Assembly (NCBI GenBank): GCA_040954595.2
Contig: CM082590.2
Location: 9,512,088 to 9,576,087, forward strand
Reading direction: 5' to 3'
Length of the DNA stretch: 64,000 nucleotides
DNA from: Balanoglossus misakiensis
Lineage: Eukaryota; Animalia; Hemichordata
Shown: one piece after another, positions 1 to 13,658 of the stretch
Layout of the letters: each line of letters begins with the position of its first letter
How positions within the stretch are numbered: the first letter of the stretch is position 1
The notes under the pieces: generated by a model
The model's database searches: none
What the model was told of the DNA's origin: nothing
The model's input: only the letters and a program-made list of their open reading frames with translations
Program-made: the position numbers and the translations under genes

Positions 1-249
1 CATGTGTATACTTGGGATGTGTCTCTGTCAAAGCCGTCACCCACAACTCACTGCATCAGCACAAAAAAATATGAGCCCGGAAAATTAAACTGCCGGTCCG
101 ATAAAACATTTTCGAAGTAGTAATTCAACCTTGGCACAATTATCATGATGTACGCAAGTGTGAGTGGTCGCAGATGTAAGTCGCAGATATAAGTTGCAAG
201 TATGATGTGCAATCACCTTTCTGTCAACACTGCGCCTAAACTGCAGAGA

Positions 250-530
250 GGCAACTGTTGCGTGAGGATTGATTTCCACGTTCTCTTATTTTTACTGCAT
301 AGTTATCTCCGAAGAACATTTTACGCGACTGTTTATTTTCACGTTTTTTTGGCTCTTGGGTATTTCGCGAAAATTTATTGCTCGCAAAAATAACCCATTT
401 TACAGAACCTCCTGATCATGAGACTTTCATTCACTATATCATTTTACGCGACTGTTTATTTTCACATTTTTTTTGGCTCTTGCGTATTTCGCGAAAATTT
501 ATTGCTCGCGAAAATAACCCTTTTACAGTA
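250..530. mobile_element. Partial/tandem fragments of a TA-TSD MITE (CTGTAAAA-terminus family)
   Basis: cgcgaaaatttattgctcgc...ttttacag occurs twice here and matches the copies at about 14035-14210, 15783-15990 and 17577-17740. Confidence 0.65.
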
Positions 531-593
531 CCTCCTGATCATGAGACTTTCATTCACTATAGTTTTTATCTGATTTCAGAGCTAACTGTGGGC

Positions 594-3309
594 ATGCCCC
601 TCAAGGCAATGGGTGCTATTCTCATGCCACCTACCGGTACACTGATGCTGGTTACCAAATCCAGTGTGGTCGTGTGGATGCTGCTGGTCACAGTTGTCGA
701 TGGAACAAGTCTGTGCCCGGTCGAGTCGTGCATGGTTGACGGACAGGCGGTGTGCAATACATCTATACCACTACCAAACGCTTTTGATCACTTAAGTTGT
801 TACTGCGACCCGTTATGTCTTGAAATCGGTGACTGTTGCTTCGATTACACAGACGTATGCCTAAATTCAACCACCTATAAGGAAGACACAAATGATACTA
901 CATATGAGTGTATCAACCTTGGCAGAGTTGACATTGACACAGATTTTGAGATGAAAAAAGTATGGATGAAGAGCAAATGTCCCAAAACCTGGCAAAACGA
1001 CCATATTCGAAGTCTCTGTGAAAACGCCAATTCCTTTGTTGGTAGGTGTTTGTATATAAATTACTACTATGGTACCGATCACACTACTAATTAACACATT
1101 CACCTATACAACCTATAATTATTATTTAAAGGGACAAAGTCTCTCTCTTGCAGCCCTTTTTCCATAAACTAGGTGTGATACAAGACACTATTTATGTTAT
1201 TCTACATTTGGATATAAAGTGAATCAACGTTCGACCGCACACAACTTCCATCCCGCTTGTAGACACCACAGTGAAAAACTTGCCAAAATGAATAATCGGT
1301 CTCTAATGTTATTCATTTTGGCGAGAATTTTACTCACATATCCTCTCAACAGGACAGAGTTCTGTGTGGTCAAACGTTGATTCACTATATATGCAAATGT
1401 AGAATAACATAAACGGTGTCCTGTATCAAACATAATTAATGGAAAAAGGGCAGCACGAGAGAAACTTTGTCCCTTTAAATTGACTTGTGATAACCTTTCT
1501 TAGCAAAATTTTCATGGACTCGTTTTACTTAATTTAATTATTATTATTTCAGGTGGGGTTTCTATGCAAGAGATACCGGTGAGTTTAGTGAACGAGACTG
1601 TCTTTCGTAACATGTACTGCGCTATCTGCCATGGTGTTGAATTACAAGACTTGGTTTGGTGGGAAGCTCTGTGGAAGTGTAACAAGATGCCTAACACAAC
1701 ATCATCTTTTGATGTTGCACTCAGCTCAGCTAACGACTTCTTGGCGGAAAATTCATGTGATTTTGAGATCCTACTTCCCCCGACTCTAAAAACCATTCAT
1801 TACTGTTATTATCCACACTATGTCGATACTTGTAATCCTCAACTTTTTAATAATACTTCTGAGTACCTGAATCACGTCGAAGCATGTACCTCTTTTACTT
1901 CATATGTTTTGTCGAATTATGTAACATATAAAAATATCCTTTGCCTCGAATGCAATGTACCATTGCTAGACATAAGTTCCCTCGTTGATTGTCGGGCAAG
2001 ACGATTTGGTGGTGGCAGAAAACCATATGCATATCGATTACTATTTAACATTGATACAAAAGGCAAAGCTATGGTATCTGTAGTGGTAAATGGCGAGATT
2101 ATAGAAGACCAACATAAAGAGAAAGAAGGCATTTGTCCGATGTTTTCAGTGTTTGATCCTTTCACATCATCATGTGTTGAATATGCTGAAACAGACAGGG
2201 ACACAATAACCCCCCTTAACAACTACTCAGAGTCACTAAACACATCTGATCTGACAAATCATACTGCTATAAACGATAATGCAAATAACGACACCCTAGC
2301 TGATAATTCCACAATGTTCCACTGTAGAAGTCTAGTACTGGTGTTCAATCGATCACAATATCAAGTCACAGACAGCGTTATCTTTTATCAGGTTCGTGGC
2401 GATGAGTTCCAGAGTACAAACTTCAGAATATCAGCGTTCGGATCTGTTGCTTTCATTTGCCACTGGAGCTCCCGGCATTTCTCGTCTGTTAATTGGGAAG
2501 TTGTCATGTCTATGACTGGGTCCTCAGTTTCTGTTGTCTGTCTTTTGGTGCATACTGTCTTGTATGCTTGTGCGAGTGGTCATCACAATTTTCCACGAAG
2601 GCTAACATTTAATCTGGTGCTGTCACTTCTCTTTGCTCAGATCATGTTTCTTGCAGGCATGGGTCTGAATGAGTTTACTCAGCTCTGCTTTCCATTGGCC
2701 GTCTGTTTGCATTACACCTGGTTGACCACCTTCTGTTGGATGGCTGTGATAAGTTTTGATATCTGCCGAACTTTCATTTCCATCAATAAGACGTTGTTAG
2801 TTGCACGAAGTAACGCAATTTTCGCTGCCTACTGTGTTTGTGGGTGGTTAGTGCCCGCGGTTGTGGTCAGTGTTGCGGTCTTGCTGGATCTACAAGTAGA
2901 TGATGAGTCTTTTGATGTTGGGTATGGTTCTGATAACGTGTGTTGGATACGCAATCCGATGGCACTCTTGATCTTTTTCATTGGCCCCATTGCTTTGATA
3001 CTGTTTTTCGATGTGATCTGTTACATTCTCACAATCTGGGCGATCTTTGACACAATTTCTGTGTCTACCACTGCCTATGAACTCAACAAAATGGGAGGTT
3101 GGAAGAAATACATTAGACCTTGCGTGAAGACCTTTGTGATTATGGGGTTGTCTTGGATTCTGGTCCTCTTAGAGGCTTTCCTTGAGAATGATGTCCTGAG
3201 TGGTTTTGTTATTGCTGTCATTTCTCTGCAAGGAGTTTTCATCTTCTTGGCTTTTGCTGCAGACAGTGACATCATAACATGTCCGTGTAGACGTCAACAA
3301 CAAAAATGA
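594..3309 (+). CDS. Class B2 (adhesion/Methuselah-like) GPCR with SMB-like Cys-rich ectodomain, copy A (~717-734 aa, 2 coding exons)
   Basis: Coding exons 594-1041 and 1553-3309 joined by a phase-1 GT-AG intron (GTAGGT at 1042; tttcAG ending 1552). Signal peptide MLVTKSSVVVWMLLVTVVDG (ATG 645, conserved in copy B). SMB-like CYCDPLCLEIGDCCFDYTDVC. 7tm_2 motifs: CLHYTWLTTFCWM, GYG..NVCWI, MGLSW, SLQGVFIFL. No canonical GPS motif seen. Confidence 0.9.
1130..1474. mobile_element. Non-autonomous TTAA-TSD DNA element (Kolobok-like AGGG...CCCT termini) in the GPCR-A intron
   Basis: TTAA at 1126-1129 and 1475-1478; long TIR agggacaaagtctctctcttgcagccctttttcca / ggaaaaagggcagcacgagagaaactttgtccct. 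Second copy at about 16175-16512. Confidence 0.85.
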
Positions 3310-4310
3310 TCACAACTACTGCTATATAAAATGTGAAGCTTAAAGGGACACGTTTGTCTTATGAGCATGTGCCAAACCAGAGACTCTGGTTACAACAATT
3401 GTCTACAGTAAATGCCGTAAAGCAGTGTGATTTCGCTGATAGAAAGACTTGATTATTACCGTAGTGACAGGCAGTTACCGATGTTAGTTACAGTTTGTAT
3501 GAAAATACCATAAAATAGTTGTAAAGTTAAACAAATATTTTAACTTTTAATAGTGCTGTTTTAACATCTTAACTTTTAATAGCGCTGTTTTAACATCAGT
3601 GATAGGACTTGTGTTGTTTTGTCTACAAATAGCTGTATCACATGATAATGTCCTCTTATATTATTAACTGGTTAGTCATGTGAGATCTTGCAGGGTCTAG
3701 TTTTCGCAATGTTTCGTGGAGTTTGGCAAAATTTAGTCTATTAAAATGTTAATTCTCTTTATAATTCTTATAAGTTGTCATGTACTAGTAATTGTAAATT
3801 AGAGAGTAGTTTGAGTTGTGCAATGGTTTACCTGAATTTACTATAATTGTTATTAAAAAACAGCGTTAAATTGGCTTTATATAGCTTCATGATATTTGCT
3901 ATTAACTGTTTTAATTATGGTGTAACTTTTACCTCAAAACATGTATCACTTTTCATCTCTGAAGCTCTTATCAGCAGGAGAGACAGTTGAATTCCTGAAT
4001 TCTTCAAGTGACTTTTAATCAACTCTTTCACAACCATGGTTCAGACCAGTCAGTGAATTTTGCCAAAAAAAATATGAAGTATTGTTTTGAAAAATATTGA
4101 CTGTACTTATGGATATATTTGTATTTGAAGTGTATTTTAAGAGTGATGTACCAGTATTGTTTACATTGTAATAAAAGCTTTGTTGTGTTAATAATGTCTT
4201 GCCATATGTTGTTGTTATTGCCGAAAGGAGAATAGCATTTCTTGGTTTATATTATTCAAAGCACAATAAGCTGCCAATTTTTTACAAACATACATACTGA
4301 AATAGTATTA

Positions 4311-4487
4311 TAGTAAAACCTGTCTGAACCTCCCCTGTATAATCTGGAAACCTGTCTATACCGAACAGATTTTCCTGTCCCTTTCACTTAGAACCACATA
4401 TTCAAAGAACCTCTATAAACTGGACACCTCTGCAAACCGAACAATTTCTTCAGGCCCTTTAGTGTCCAATTTAGACAGGTTTTACTG
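4311..4487. mobile_element. TA-TSD MITE (CAGTAAAACCTGTC terminus, Tc1/mariner/pogo-type)
   Basis: TIR tagtaaaacctgtct / agacaggttttactg flanked by TA. The paralogous site in copy B (about 10225) is empty with a single TA. Confidence 0.9.
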
Positions 4488-4609
4488 TATAGTGATACAT
4501 CAGTACATATAAATCAGATGCAATAAGTTCAGGTTGGGGTTTAAGTCACAGACCTCCTTGTGTGAAAACCAATCTAAATTTCACCTCTCTCTACTCAACC
4601 TTCCTTCTT

Positions 4610-4870
4610 ATCATCCGTCAATCCATCCATCCGTCCGTCCATCCATCCAGCCAGACACCCATTCATTCATTCATTCATTCATCCATCCATCCATTCATCA
4701 CCCATTCATTCGTTCGTTCATTCGTTCATTCATTCATTCATTCATTCATACATCCATCCACAAAATACAAGCGCGCAAGCACATCACCACTCTCCACCCA
4801 TCCATCCATCCATCTAACCATTCATCCATCCAACCATCTGTCAATCCATCCATCCATCCATCCATCCAAG

Positions 4871-4904
<34 letters not shown>

Positions 4905-4925
4905 CCATCCATCCATCCATCTAAC
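4610..4925. repeat. (CCAT)n/(CATT)n microsatellite
   Basis: Read directly; paralogous tract at about 10312-10510. Confidence 0.95.
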
Positions 4926-6271
4926 CAATTCTGTCTTTCTGCCTGTCCACCAGATCCTGTGCCACTAAGTTGTTGCATGGGCTGTGATTTCACACCCACT
5001 CACAAGTCACAGTGATAACACCTAAATATCAAAAGGCAAAACACAAAAAGCAACCGGAAAAATGACGAAAAGACCTTCAAGAGCCACCAGTACTCATGTG
5101 GCACTTTAAGTCCGGCACTTAGGCCAAACATTTCTATTCCCAACTTTTCTCAGAAATCCTTGTCCAGAGGAAACACCGCAGATATTCAGTGAAGTACCAT
5201 CGACTTGTTTTGTTAGATGTCTCTTAACTTCGCAGAGAACAAGACCCCAAGGATAAGAAGTTAAAGACGTCATTGAAACATGTGTTAATTTCTCTGCACA
5301 AGACTCCTTAACTTAAAAATAAACTCACTAAATGACCAATCAAAATGTCCCTGCCAATTAACTTTTAAAGTATATAAAGGCCTAATAAGACTTCCTTGAA
5401 GAAACATTTGTTCTTCCCCCGAAGAAACAAAGCATCAATTACTTGCCTTGCATGAGCTGTATGTACCACAGGTAAGTTTACATTATGGTTATGATCATAA
5501 GATTTTTAAGTCTCAGGTTTAAATGTAACACAATTGACAAAACTTTGTGAATAAGAAATAGTTTATCTTTCACTCTAAGTTCTACTTGATTATGTTCGTA
5601 TAAAACACCCGTTCTGATAATTTGACTAAAAAACAAGCAAATTACGAGAAATGTCACTCTGTGGTAGCAAGTCACGATCTCAAGCAGTCACTGTGATTGG
5701 TATCTGCGACTGTCTCAAAATGATATCTGCGACTGATTCCTGCGAGTCAAACAAGAAACTTCGCACCCATTCTCTTGTACCATCAGAGGCAGAGTTTATA
5801 TAGTCCTCGTTGTTTGATCGCAATTACAATGCCACTGTCGTCGGTAGAATTGTTATCGACTTCTTGCTTGGACCAGTGATACGATCCTGTATTATGTATA
5901 CACATCGCGCCGTAGCGTTTGAACACCTCAACAAACTTTTTTTATCAATAGAGCAAAATTTGCCGAACCTTTAATATGTCTAAATGTTTATTTTAGATCA
6001 TGATTTTGTAATCAGTTCCACCACAGTCCTTCCCTGATTATATGTACCAGAGTAAGAAAGTTTGTCCTACCGACCCGAGGTACCAGCCCGGCCATAGACC
6101 CATACGGCCACAAACAAACTAAACGGCCCGTTGCAACTATCGTGATGTACGCAAGTACGAGTGATCACAGATGCAAGTCGCAGATGGAAGTGGCAAGTAC
6201 AATGTACGGAGATCGCCCTTCCGTCAACACTGCGACTAAACTGCCAGTCAGAATTTCCAGTGGCACTTTAA

Positions 6272-6495
6272 AGTGAAGGGGTCGTCGCGCCGCATTTGTT
6301 TCTAAACATTACAATTCATCCACAACAAATTAGATCATTCTTAGAATGAACGAAGCAGCCAACCATAGCATAGACTGGGCATGACAGCAACTGAAGATCC
6401 TAGTAGGTCGTGGCGACTGCAGTGGGGTTTGTGCTGGTATGGGAGGACATATTCTCATCAAGGGGACACCCTCGCGGCGCGACGACCCCTTCCCT
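6272..6495. mobile_element. TTAA-TSD MITE (Kolobok-like)
   Basis: TTAA at 6268-6271 and 6496-6499; TIR agtgaaggggtcgtcgcgccgc / gcggcgcgacgaccccttccct. Truncated reverse copy at about 26563-26655. Confidence 0.85.
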
Positions 6496-6601
6496 TTAAT
6501 AACCACGCATCTGGAGATACCTGTACATACCGCCTGATCATGAGACTTTCATTCACTATAGTTTTCATCTGATTTCAGAGTACTGTGGGCAACTCAAGGC
6601 A

Positions 6602-9236
6602 ATGGGCACTATTCTTATGCGACTCACACAAATGCTGGTTACCAAATCCAGTGTGGTCGTGTGGATGCTGCTGGTCACAGTTGTCGATGGAACAAGTCTG
6701 TGCCCGGTCGAGTCGTGCATGGTTGACGGACAAGCGGTGTGCAACACATCCATCCCAGTACTAGACCATCTTGTACATGAAAGATACAGTTGTTACTGCG
6801 ACCCGCTATGTCTTGAAATCGGCGATTGTTGCTTCGATTACACAGATGTGTGTCTACCTTCATCCAACTATCAGGAAGAGACAATTGATGATCATGCATA
6901 TGAGTGCATCCACTTAGGAAGACTTGACAAGGACACAGAATTAACCATGCGAAGCGTATGGATGAAGAGCAAATGTCCAAAAACCTGGCAAAACGACCAT
7001 ATTCAAAGTCTCTGTGAAAACTCCAATTCCTCTATCGGTAGGTGAATGAATGTATATAAATTACTACTATGGTACAGTAAAACCTGTCTAAACTGAAACC
7101 CTGTCTAATCTGGAAACCAGCCTATACCAAACAGTCAGTCACTTCAATGTGTTAAAAAGAACCTCTATAAACTGGACACCTTTGCAAACCAAACAATTTC
7201 TTTAGTCTTGGTGTTCAATTTAGACAGGTTTTATTGTAACACACCTTATCGGCAGTCTGTATTCTCATTCGTCAATCGATAGACGTGGTTTGCGTTCTTT
7301 TTGTGCAGATCCATATGAAACAAAGTTGTCAGAACTGTTGCCCGCCAAGCATCAGTTCCAAAAAATGATGCCCGCTCACTTCAAAATGACATATTACGCA
7401 TGCATGAAATGGAAAGTAAAACAAAGATGTTGTCATGCACTGTTTTTACTCAATTTAATGATTATTTTTTCAGGTGGGGTTTCTATGCAAGAGATACCGG
7501 TGAGTTTAAAGAACGGCACTGTTTTCCGTAACATGTACTGCGCTATCTGCCATGGTGTTGAATTACAAGACTTGGTTTGGTGGGAAGCTCAATGGAAGTG
7601 TCGAAAAATGCCTAACACAACATTATCCTTTGATGTTGCACTCAGCTCAGCTAACGACTTCTTGGTGGAAAATTCATGTGAGTTTGAGATCCTACTTCCC
7701 CTGACTTTAAAAACCATACATTATTGTTATTATCCACACTATGTCGATACTTGTAATCCTCAACTTTTTAATAACACTTCTGAGTACCTGAATCACGTCG
7801 AAGCATGTAACTCATTTACTTCATATGTTTACATTCATCAATTACCAGCAACATTCAAAAATAAACTTTGCCTCGAATGCAGTGTACCATTGCTAGACAT
7901 AAGTTCCCTCGTTGATTGTCGGGCAAGACAATTTGTTGGTAGCAAAAGACCATATCCATATCGATTATTATTTAATGTTAATACAAAAGGAAAAGCTATG
8001 GTATCTGTGGTTGATGATAACCAGGTTGTAGGAGTCCTATATAAAGAGAAAGAAGGCAATTGTCCGATGTTTTCAGTGTTTGATCCTTTCACATCATCAT
8101 GTGTTGAATATGCTGAAACAGACAGGGACACAATAACCCCCCTTAACAACTACTCAGAGTCACTAAACACATCTGATCTGACAAATCATACTGCTATAAA
8201 CGATAATGCAAATAACGACACCCTAGCTGATAATTCCACAATGTTCCACTGTAGAAGTCTAGTACTGGTGTTCAATCGATCACAATATCAAGTCACAGAC
8301 AGCGTTATCTTTTATCAGGTTCGTGGCGATGAGTTCCAGAGTACAAACTTCAGAATATCAGCGTTCGGATCTGTTGCTTTCATTTGCCACTGGAGCTCCC
8401 GGCATTTCTCGTCTGTTAATTGGGAAGTTGTCATGTCTATGACTGGGTCCTCAGTTTCTGTTGTCTGTCTTTTGGTGCATACTGTCTTGTATGCTTGTGC
8501 GAGTGGTCATCACAATTTTCCACGAAGGCTAACATTTAATCTGGTGCTGTCACTTCTCTTTGCTCAGATCATGTTTCTTGCAGGCATGGGTCTGAATGAG
8601 TTTACTCAGCTCTGCTTTCCATTGGCCGTCTGTTTGCATTACACCTGGTTGACCACCTTCTGTTGGATGGCTGTGATAAGTTTTGATATCTGCCGAACTT
8701 TCATTTCCATCAATAAGACGTTGTTAGTTGCACGAAGTAACGGAATTTTCGCTGCCTATTGTGTTTGTGGGTGGTTAGTGCCCACGGTTGTGGTCAGTGT
8801 TGCGGTCTTGCTAGATCTACAAGTAGATGATGATACTTTTGATGTTGGGTATGGTTCTGATAATGTATGTTGGATACGCAATCCGACAGCACTCTTGATC
8901 TTTTTCATTGGCCCCATTGCTTTGATACTGTTTTTCGATGTGATCTGTTACATTCTCACAATCTGGGCGATCTTTGACACAATTTCTGTGTCTACCACTG
9001 CCTATGAACTCAACAAAATGGGAGGTTGGAAGAAATACATTAGACCTTGCGTGAAGACCTTTGTGATTATGGGGTTGTCTTGGATTCTGGTCCTCTTAGA
9101 GGCTTTCCTTGAGAATGATGTCCTGAGTGGTTTTGTTATTGCTGTCATTTCTCTGCAAGGAGTTTTCATCTTCTTGGCTTTTGCTGCAGACAGTGACATC
9201 ATAACATGTCCGTGTAGACGTCAACAACAAAAATGA
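6602..9236 (+). CDS. Class B2 (adhesion/Methuselah-like) GPCR with SMB-like ectodomain, copy B (~722-732 aa)
   Basis: Coding exons 6602-7037 and 7474-9236, same phase-1 intron as copy A; conserved ATG at 6632. The 7TM region is nearly identical to copy A. Confidence 0.9.
7075..7236. mobile_element. TA-TSD MITE (same family as 4311-4487) in the GPCR-B intron
   Basis: TA|cagtaaaacctgtctaaa ... tttagacaggttttattg|TA; internal sequence matches the 4311 copy. Confidence 0.85.
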
Positions 9237-10759
9237 TCACAACTACTGCTATATAAAATGTGAAGCTTAAAGGGACACGTTTGTCTTATGAGCATGTGCC
9301 AAACCAAAGACTCTGGTTACAACAATTGTCTACAGTAAATGCCGTAAAGCAGTGTGATTTCGCTGACGCAAGACTTGATTATTACCGTAGTGACAGGCAG
9401 TTACCGATGTTAGTTACAGTTTGTATGAAAATACCATAAAATAGTTGTAAGTTTAACAAATATTTTAACTTTAGTGCTGTTTTAACATCAGTGGTGGGAC
9501 TTGTGTTGTTTTGTCTACAAATAGCTGTATCACATGATAGTGTCCTCTTGTATTAACTGGTTAGTCACGCAAGATCTTGCAGGGTCTAGTTTTCGTAATG
9601 TTTCGTGGAGTTTGGCAAAATATAGTCTATTAAAATGTAAATTCACGTTATAATTCTTATAAGCTGTCATGTACTAGTAGTAATTGTACATTAGGAAGCT
9701 GTTTGATTTGTGCAATGGTTTATCTGAATTTACTATAATTGTTATTAAAAACAGCATTAAATTGGCTTTATATAGCTTCATGATATTTGCTATTAACTGT
9801 TTTAATTATGGTGTAACTTTTACTTCAAAACATTTATCACTTTTCATCTCTGAAGCTCTTATCAGCAGGAGAGAAAGTTGAATTTCTGAGTTCTTCATGT
9901 GACTTTTAACCCTTTCACCACCATGGTTCAGTCCAGTCAGTGAATTTTGCCCCCCCCCCCCCCCAAAAAAAAAAAAATATGAAGTAATGTTTTGATAAAT
10001 ATTGACTAGATACATATGGATATATTTGTATTTGAAGTGTATTTTAAGAGTGATGTACCACTTTTGTTTATATTATTGTAATAAAAGCTTTGTTGTGTTA
10101 ATCAATAGTGTCTTGCCATATGTTGTTGTTATTACAGAAAGGGGAATAACATTTCTTGGTTTATATTATTCAAAGCACAATGAGCTGCCAATTTTTTTTA
10201 CAAACATAGACACTGAAATAGTATTATAGTGATACACCAGTACATGGACCTGATGAAATAAATTCAGGTTGGGCCTCCTTGTAATTGTGTGATAGCCAAT
10301 CTATACAAACATCCCACTCCATCCATCCATCCATCCATCCCTCCCTCCCTCCCTCACTCCATCCATCCCTCCATCCATTCAACATTCCATCCATCCATCC
10401 ATCCATCCATCTATCCAACCAGACATCCATCCATCCCTCCCCCCCTCCCTCCATCCATCCATTCATTCATCCACCTATCCTTCTATCCATCCAGGCAAAC
10501 ATCCATCTAACCATCTGATTGTCTATCTGTTCACCTCCTTGCCTATCGTTTCACCAGATCCTGTACTGCTAAGTCGTGTCTAATGACAAAAAAAAAAAAA
10601 AACACACACACATGCACATCACACACTCGAGATAACACAATACTGAGACAAGGAGCAATTAGGTCCGACACAAGTGGAAGCGCAGTGATTGAAGTGGAAG
10701 AAACATATTGAAAGAAACTGTGAAAACCCACCATTTGATTTTCAAGTGGTGCAAGTGTT

Positions 10760-11118
10760 AGAGCCTCTAGAGCTGCCACTTTTTATATTATTTTCACAAT
10801 TTTATATTAAATTGGTCCATCTAAATGAGCTTACTGATAGGAATACATGAACATGAACATCTCATCGATGCCCGATTGTTGCTGTAAGTTGCAATTTGAA
10901 AATGCTGTATGTCTGTATATTAAACAGGTGCCGCACCGATTAAATCAGCCTCCATAAAAACAGTACGCAGCTATTGTGGTCTGCTTCGCTAAGAGATGAC
11001 AAATTGATGCAAATACAAGGCTTAATATGGTGAGGATTTTAGAGGATAGGGGATAGATTTGAAGTATTTTATTGTGGAAAAAAATATGTGAAATTTGGCA
11101 GCTCTAGAGCTAGGCTTT
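10760..11118. mobile_element. Degenerate Kolobok-like MITE
   Basis: Inverted ends agcctctagagctgcca ... tggcagctctagagctaggct(ttaa); termini resemble those of 24084-24344. Confidence 0.55.
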
Positions 11119-13658
11119 AAAAAGGTAGATGGAATCAATCCTATCTACTTGTAGAATCGCCTTCTTGGAAGAAACGGGTGATTTCACAATTAACTGTCGG
11201 GTCCAATCTATTTCAATCCTTCCTGTCTAGACCTAATCAACACATGCCGTCCGCACAGTCTAACATGAGGGCGTATTTCCGAGTGATTTTGAGAAATTCT
11301 ACAAAGCTTGCAGTCAAGTGGCGATCCGCAATCACAAGCTGCTTTTCAACCTAGCTAGCAGGCGTACATGTACATCTGGCTATGTCATTGTTTATTTATT
11401 TCACATAATTGCACTGACTGTTACCGAGGTCACACAGTCACTGGTAAAAATTCAAAACATTTTGCCTTTTATAAACACAGAACATTAATCCTTTCAGTCG
11501 CTTGTGTCCAAACACACAAAGTTTATGTGTAGGTGCTGAGGCTCGGCCCAAAACAATGCCGTCTCTCATCTGAGATAATTCAGGACCACTTTAACCGTCA
11601 CACATATCATATATGCCAGTAATGATCTGAGACGTTTCAGAAATCTATTAATGGTCCCTGTGTGACCCCTATACGTGTCGCACGAATCAGACCTCACATT
11701 GTCAATTTTTTTTTTTACATACCGTACACCCGGACTGCACCCTTAAAAATTCATGAGTCAGTGTTTTGGAAATTTGTGGTAAGTTAGGGTTTCAGAATCG
11801 TACTCATGGACTGGAGTGTCACGTGAAAAGGTAAGGACCCTCAGAACAACGAGCCATCATGTCTCAAGGTTTGATCCGGCTTAAAACAAGGAAATGCAAT
11901 TAGCAATGTTATGAGACAAATGATTCTCTCTTGACAATTTCTCAGAACATCCTTGAAACAAGATCCATTATTCCCTCCCTCTAACGTACATCTAACGTAC
12001 TGTAAGTTAAACATCGCAACTAGCCTAATGTATGACTAGGAGGAGCACCTACTAATGCGAGAACCAGGGATTGAAAATTCAGCCTTTAGTACCTTTCATC
12101 ATCATAGTTTTGTACCAATCCATTGTTTTTTATGGCAAAGTCAGACCTCTATAGAGGGATCCGGGGGTGAAAGGGTTAACTTGCTTATTTGAAACTGAAT
12201 TCTCATCCACACTCAATTCATTTGTCAACAAACACAAAGTACTGTACATTTAGGGGGAATTATAGCTTACTTCAAACAGAGTTTGCAATCAGATCTAAAG
12301 TACCAGGATATGACGTTAGCGACAAATACAAAATAGCTCAAGCACACATGATTAATTCAGTACTTCTTCTCCACAATATTTACGTACAGCTTAAGTTCAG
12401 CTGTCGGCAGTCTGCCAGAGAATTGTTGCTAGACGCGCAACTTGTTGTTCCAAACAAACATAAGTGTTTTATTCAAGTGTGGATGACAAACTCTAAAGAG
12501 ACCAAAGTTTATAACTACTATAATTCTTTGTCAGGTAATGAGAGATTATACCCAGGATGAGACCATGCCTTAAAGCCACTGAACCAAATTGACTTTTTCA
12601 TGGCTACTAGTCACAATTGATCCCAAGCAGTCATTCGGAAAGAAAAAATAAGCTTATTGAACAAAAGACTATAAGCTACTGTCAGCAGGAATGGTAGTTA
12701 CGGTGTAAGAATTTCACTTGTTTTCCTGCCCACTGTCCGAGATGTCACGTCATGCCCGGTTGGAAAGCATGAATGATCCTTTCGAAATTACACAAGTCTT
12801 GGCCAATTTATTATCAGACGGGTTGGCCTGTTACTCAAGTCTGAAAAGGCACATTGCAATAAATCAAGGGGCCCCTTCAGACACTCATTAGTCAAAGGTA
12901 TGAGCTAATAAAAACAGTATGTACAGCCAGACCCTTGTTTGGTCCGTGTTGCAGGTAGCTAATACATGTGGTTTAAACCGGCCATCTTGCACGTGGGAAT
13001 AAAGAAATTAGATAAGATTTGGTGCCAAGGTTTCATAATGTTTCCTGTCAGAATTTAATGTATTATAATGGGCTCTTATCTGCACGCTTTTGAACAACAC
13101 CTGGCTACAACGTTGACAATTTCAGACCACGTGATTGGTCATTAATTTTCACTTACCTTATAGACCCATAATTCTTGAGTGACGTGGGCATTTATACAAG
13201 TAATAGCCCGATACTGTCTGGGACTGTTCATTGGCAAACAAAAGGTTGTCTGTGCATTGCATACACCCCTTAATGAATAAGCCGATCTATAGGTGAATGA
13301 TAAAAATAACTTACTGTTGAGACTTTACTTTACGACGACTGTCCATATGACTTGAAATCGCAATGTGCTAACTGTAAACGCTTCTGGGTGTTTGTCTTAA
13401 TGAGGTTGGTGTCCAACAACACATGAGTCCAGGTGTGCAACTTGCGTGTATCAGTCATCAGGTTTCCTGCTGGAATTTTGAAAAAAAGGTTGTGATTACT
13501 TTTTACACAATTTTTTTTCGTTTTCAAAATGTTGATCTGATTTTATCTTTTAGAATACAAGTCTTCTATGATGACAAAGATATGTTGATGTTTTCAAGAT
13601 CATTTTTGTTCGCAGTTATTAGAAGATACTGAGTTGTTTGTTAGGTTAATGTGTGAAC

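Larger units (their letters stand above)
130..10580 (+). repeat. Tandem segmental duplication with ~5.9-6.0 kb period carrying the GPCR gene
   Basis: 130-243 aligns with 6130-6243; CDS, 3' flank and (CCAT)n tract are all duplicated (about 130-4980 vs 6130-10580). Confidence 0.9.

Noticed and set aside
378-593. N-terminal extension of the GPCR-A ORF (and 7290-7473 in copy B)
   Set aside because: Lies upstream of splice acceptors (579, 7473), includes MITE sequence and is not conserved between the copies.
4534-4968. His/Pro/Ser/Ile-rich ORFs (also 10224-10518)
   Set aside because: Translations of (CCAT)n microsatellites, open in several frames.
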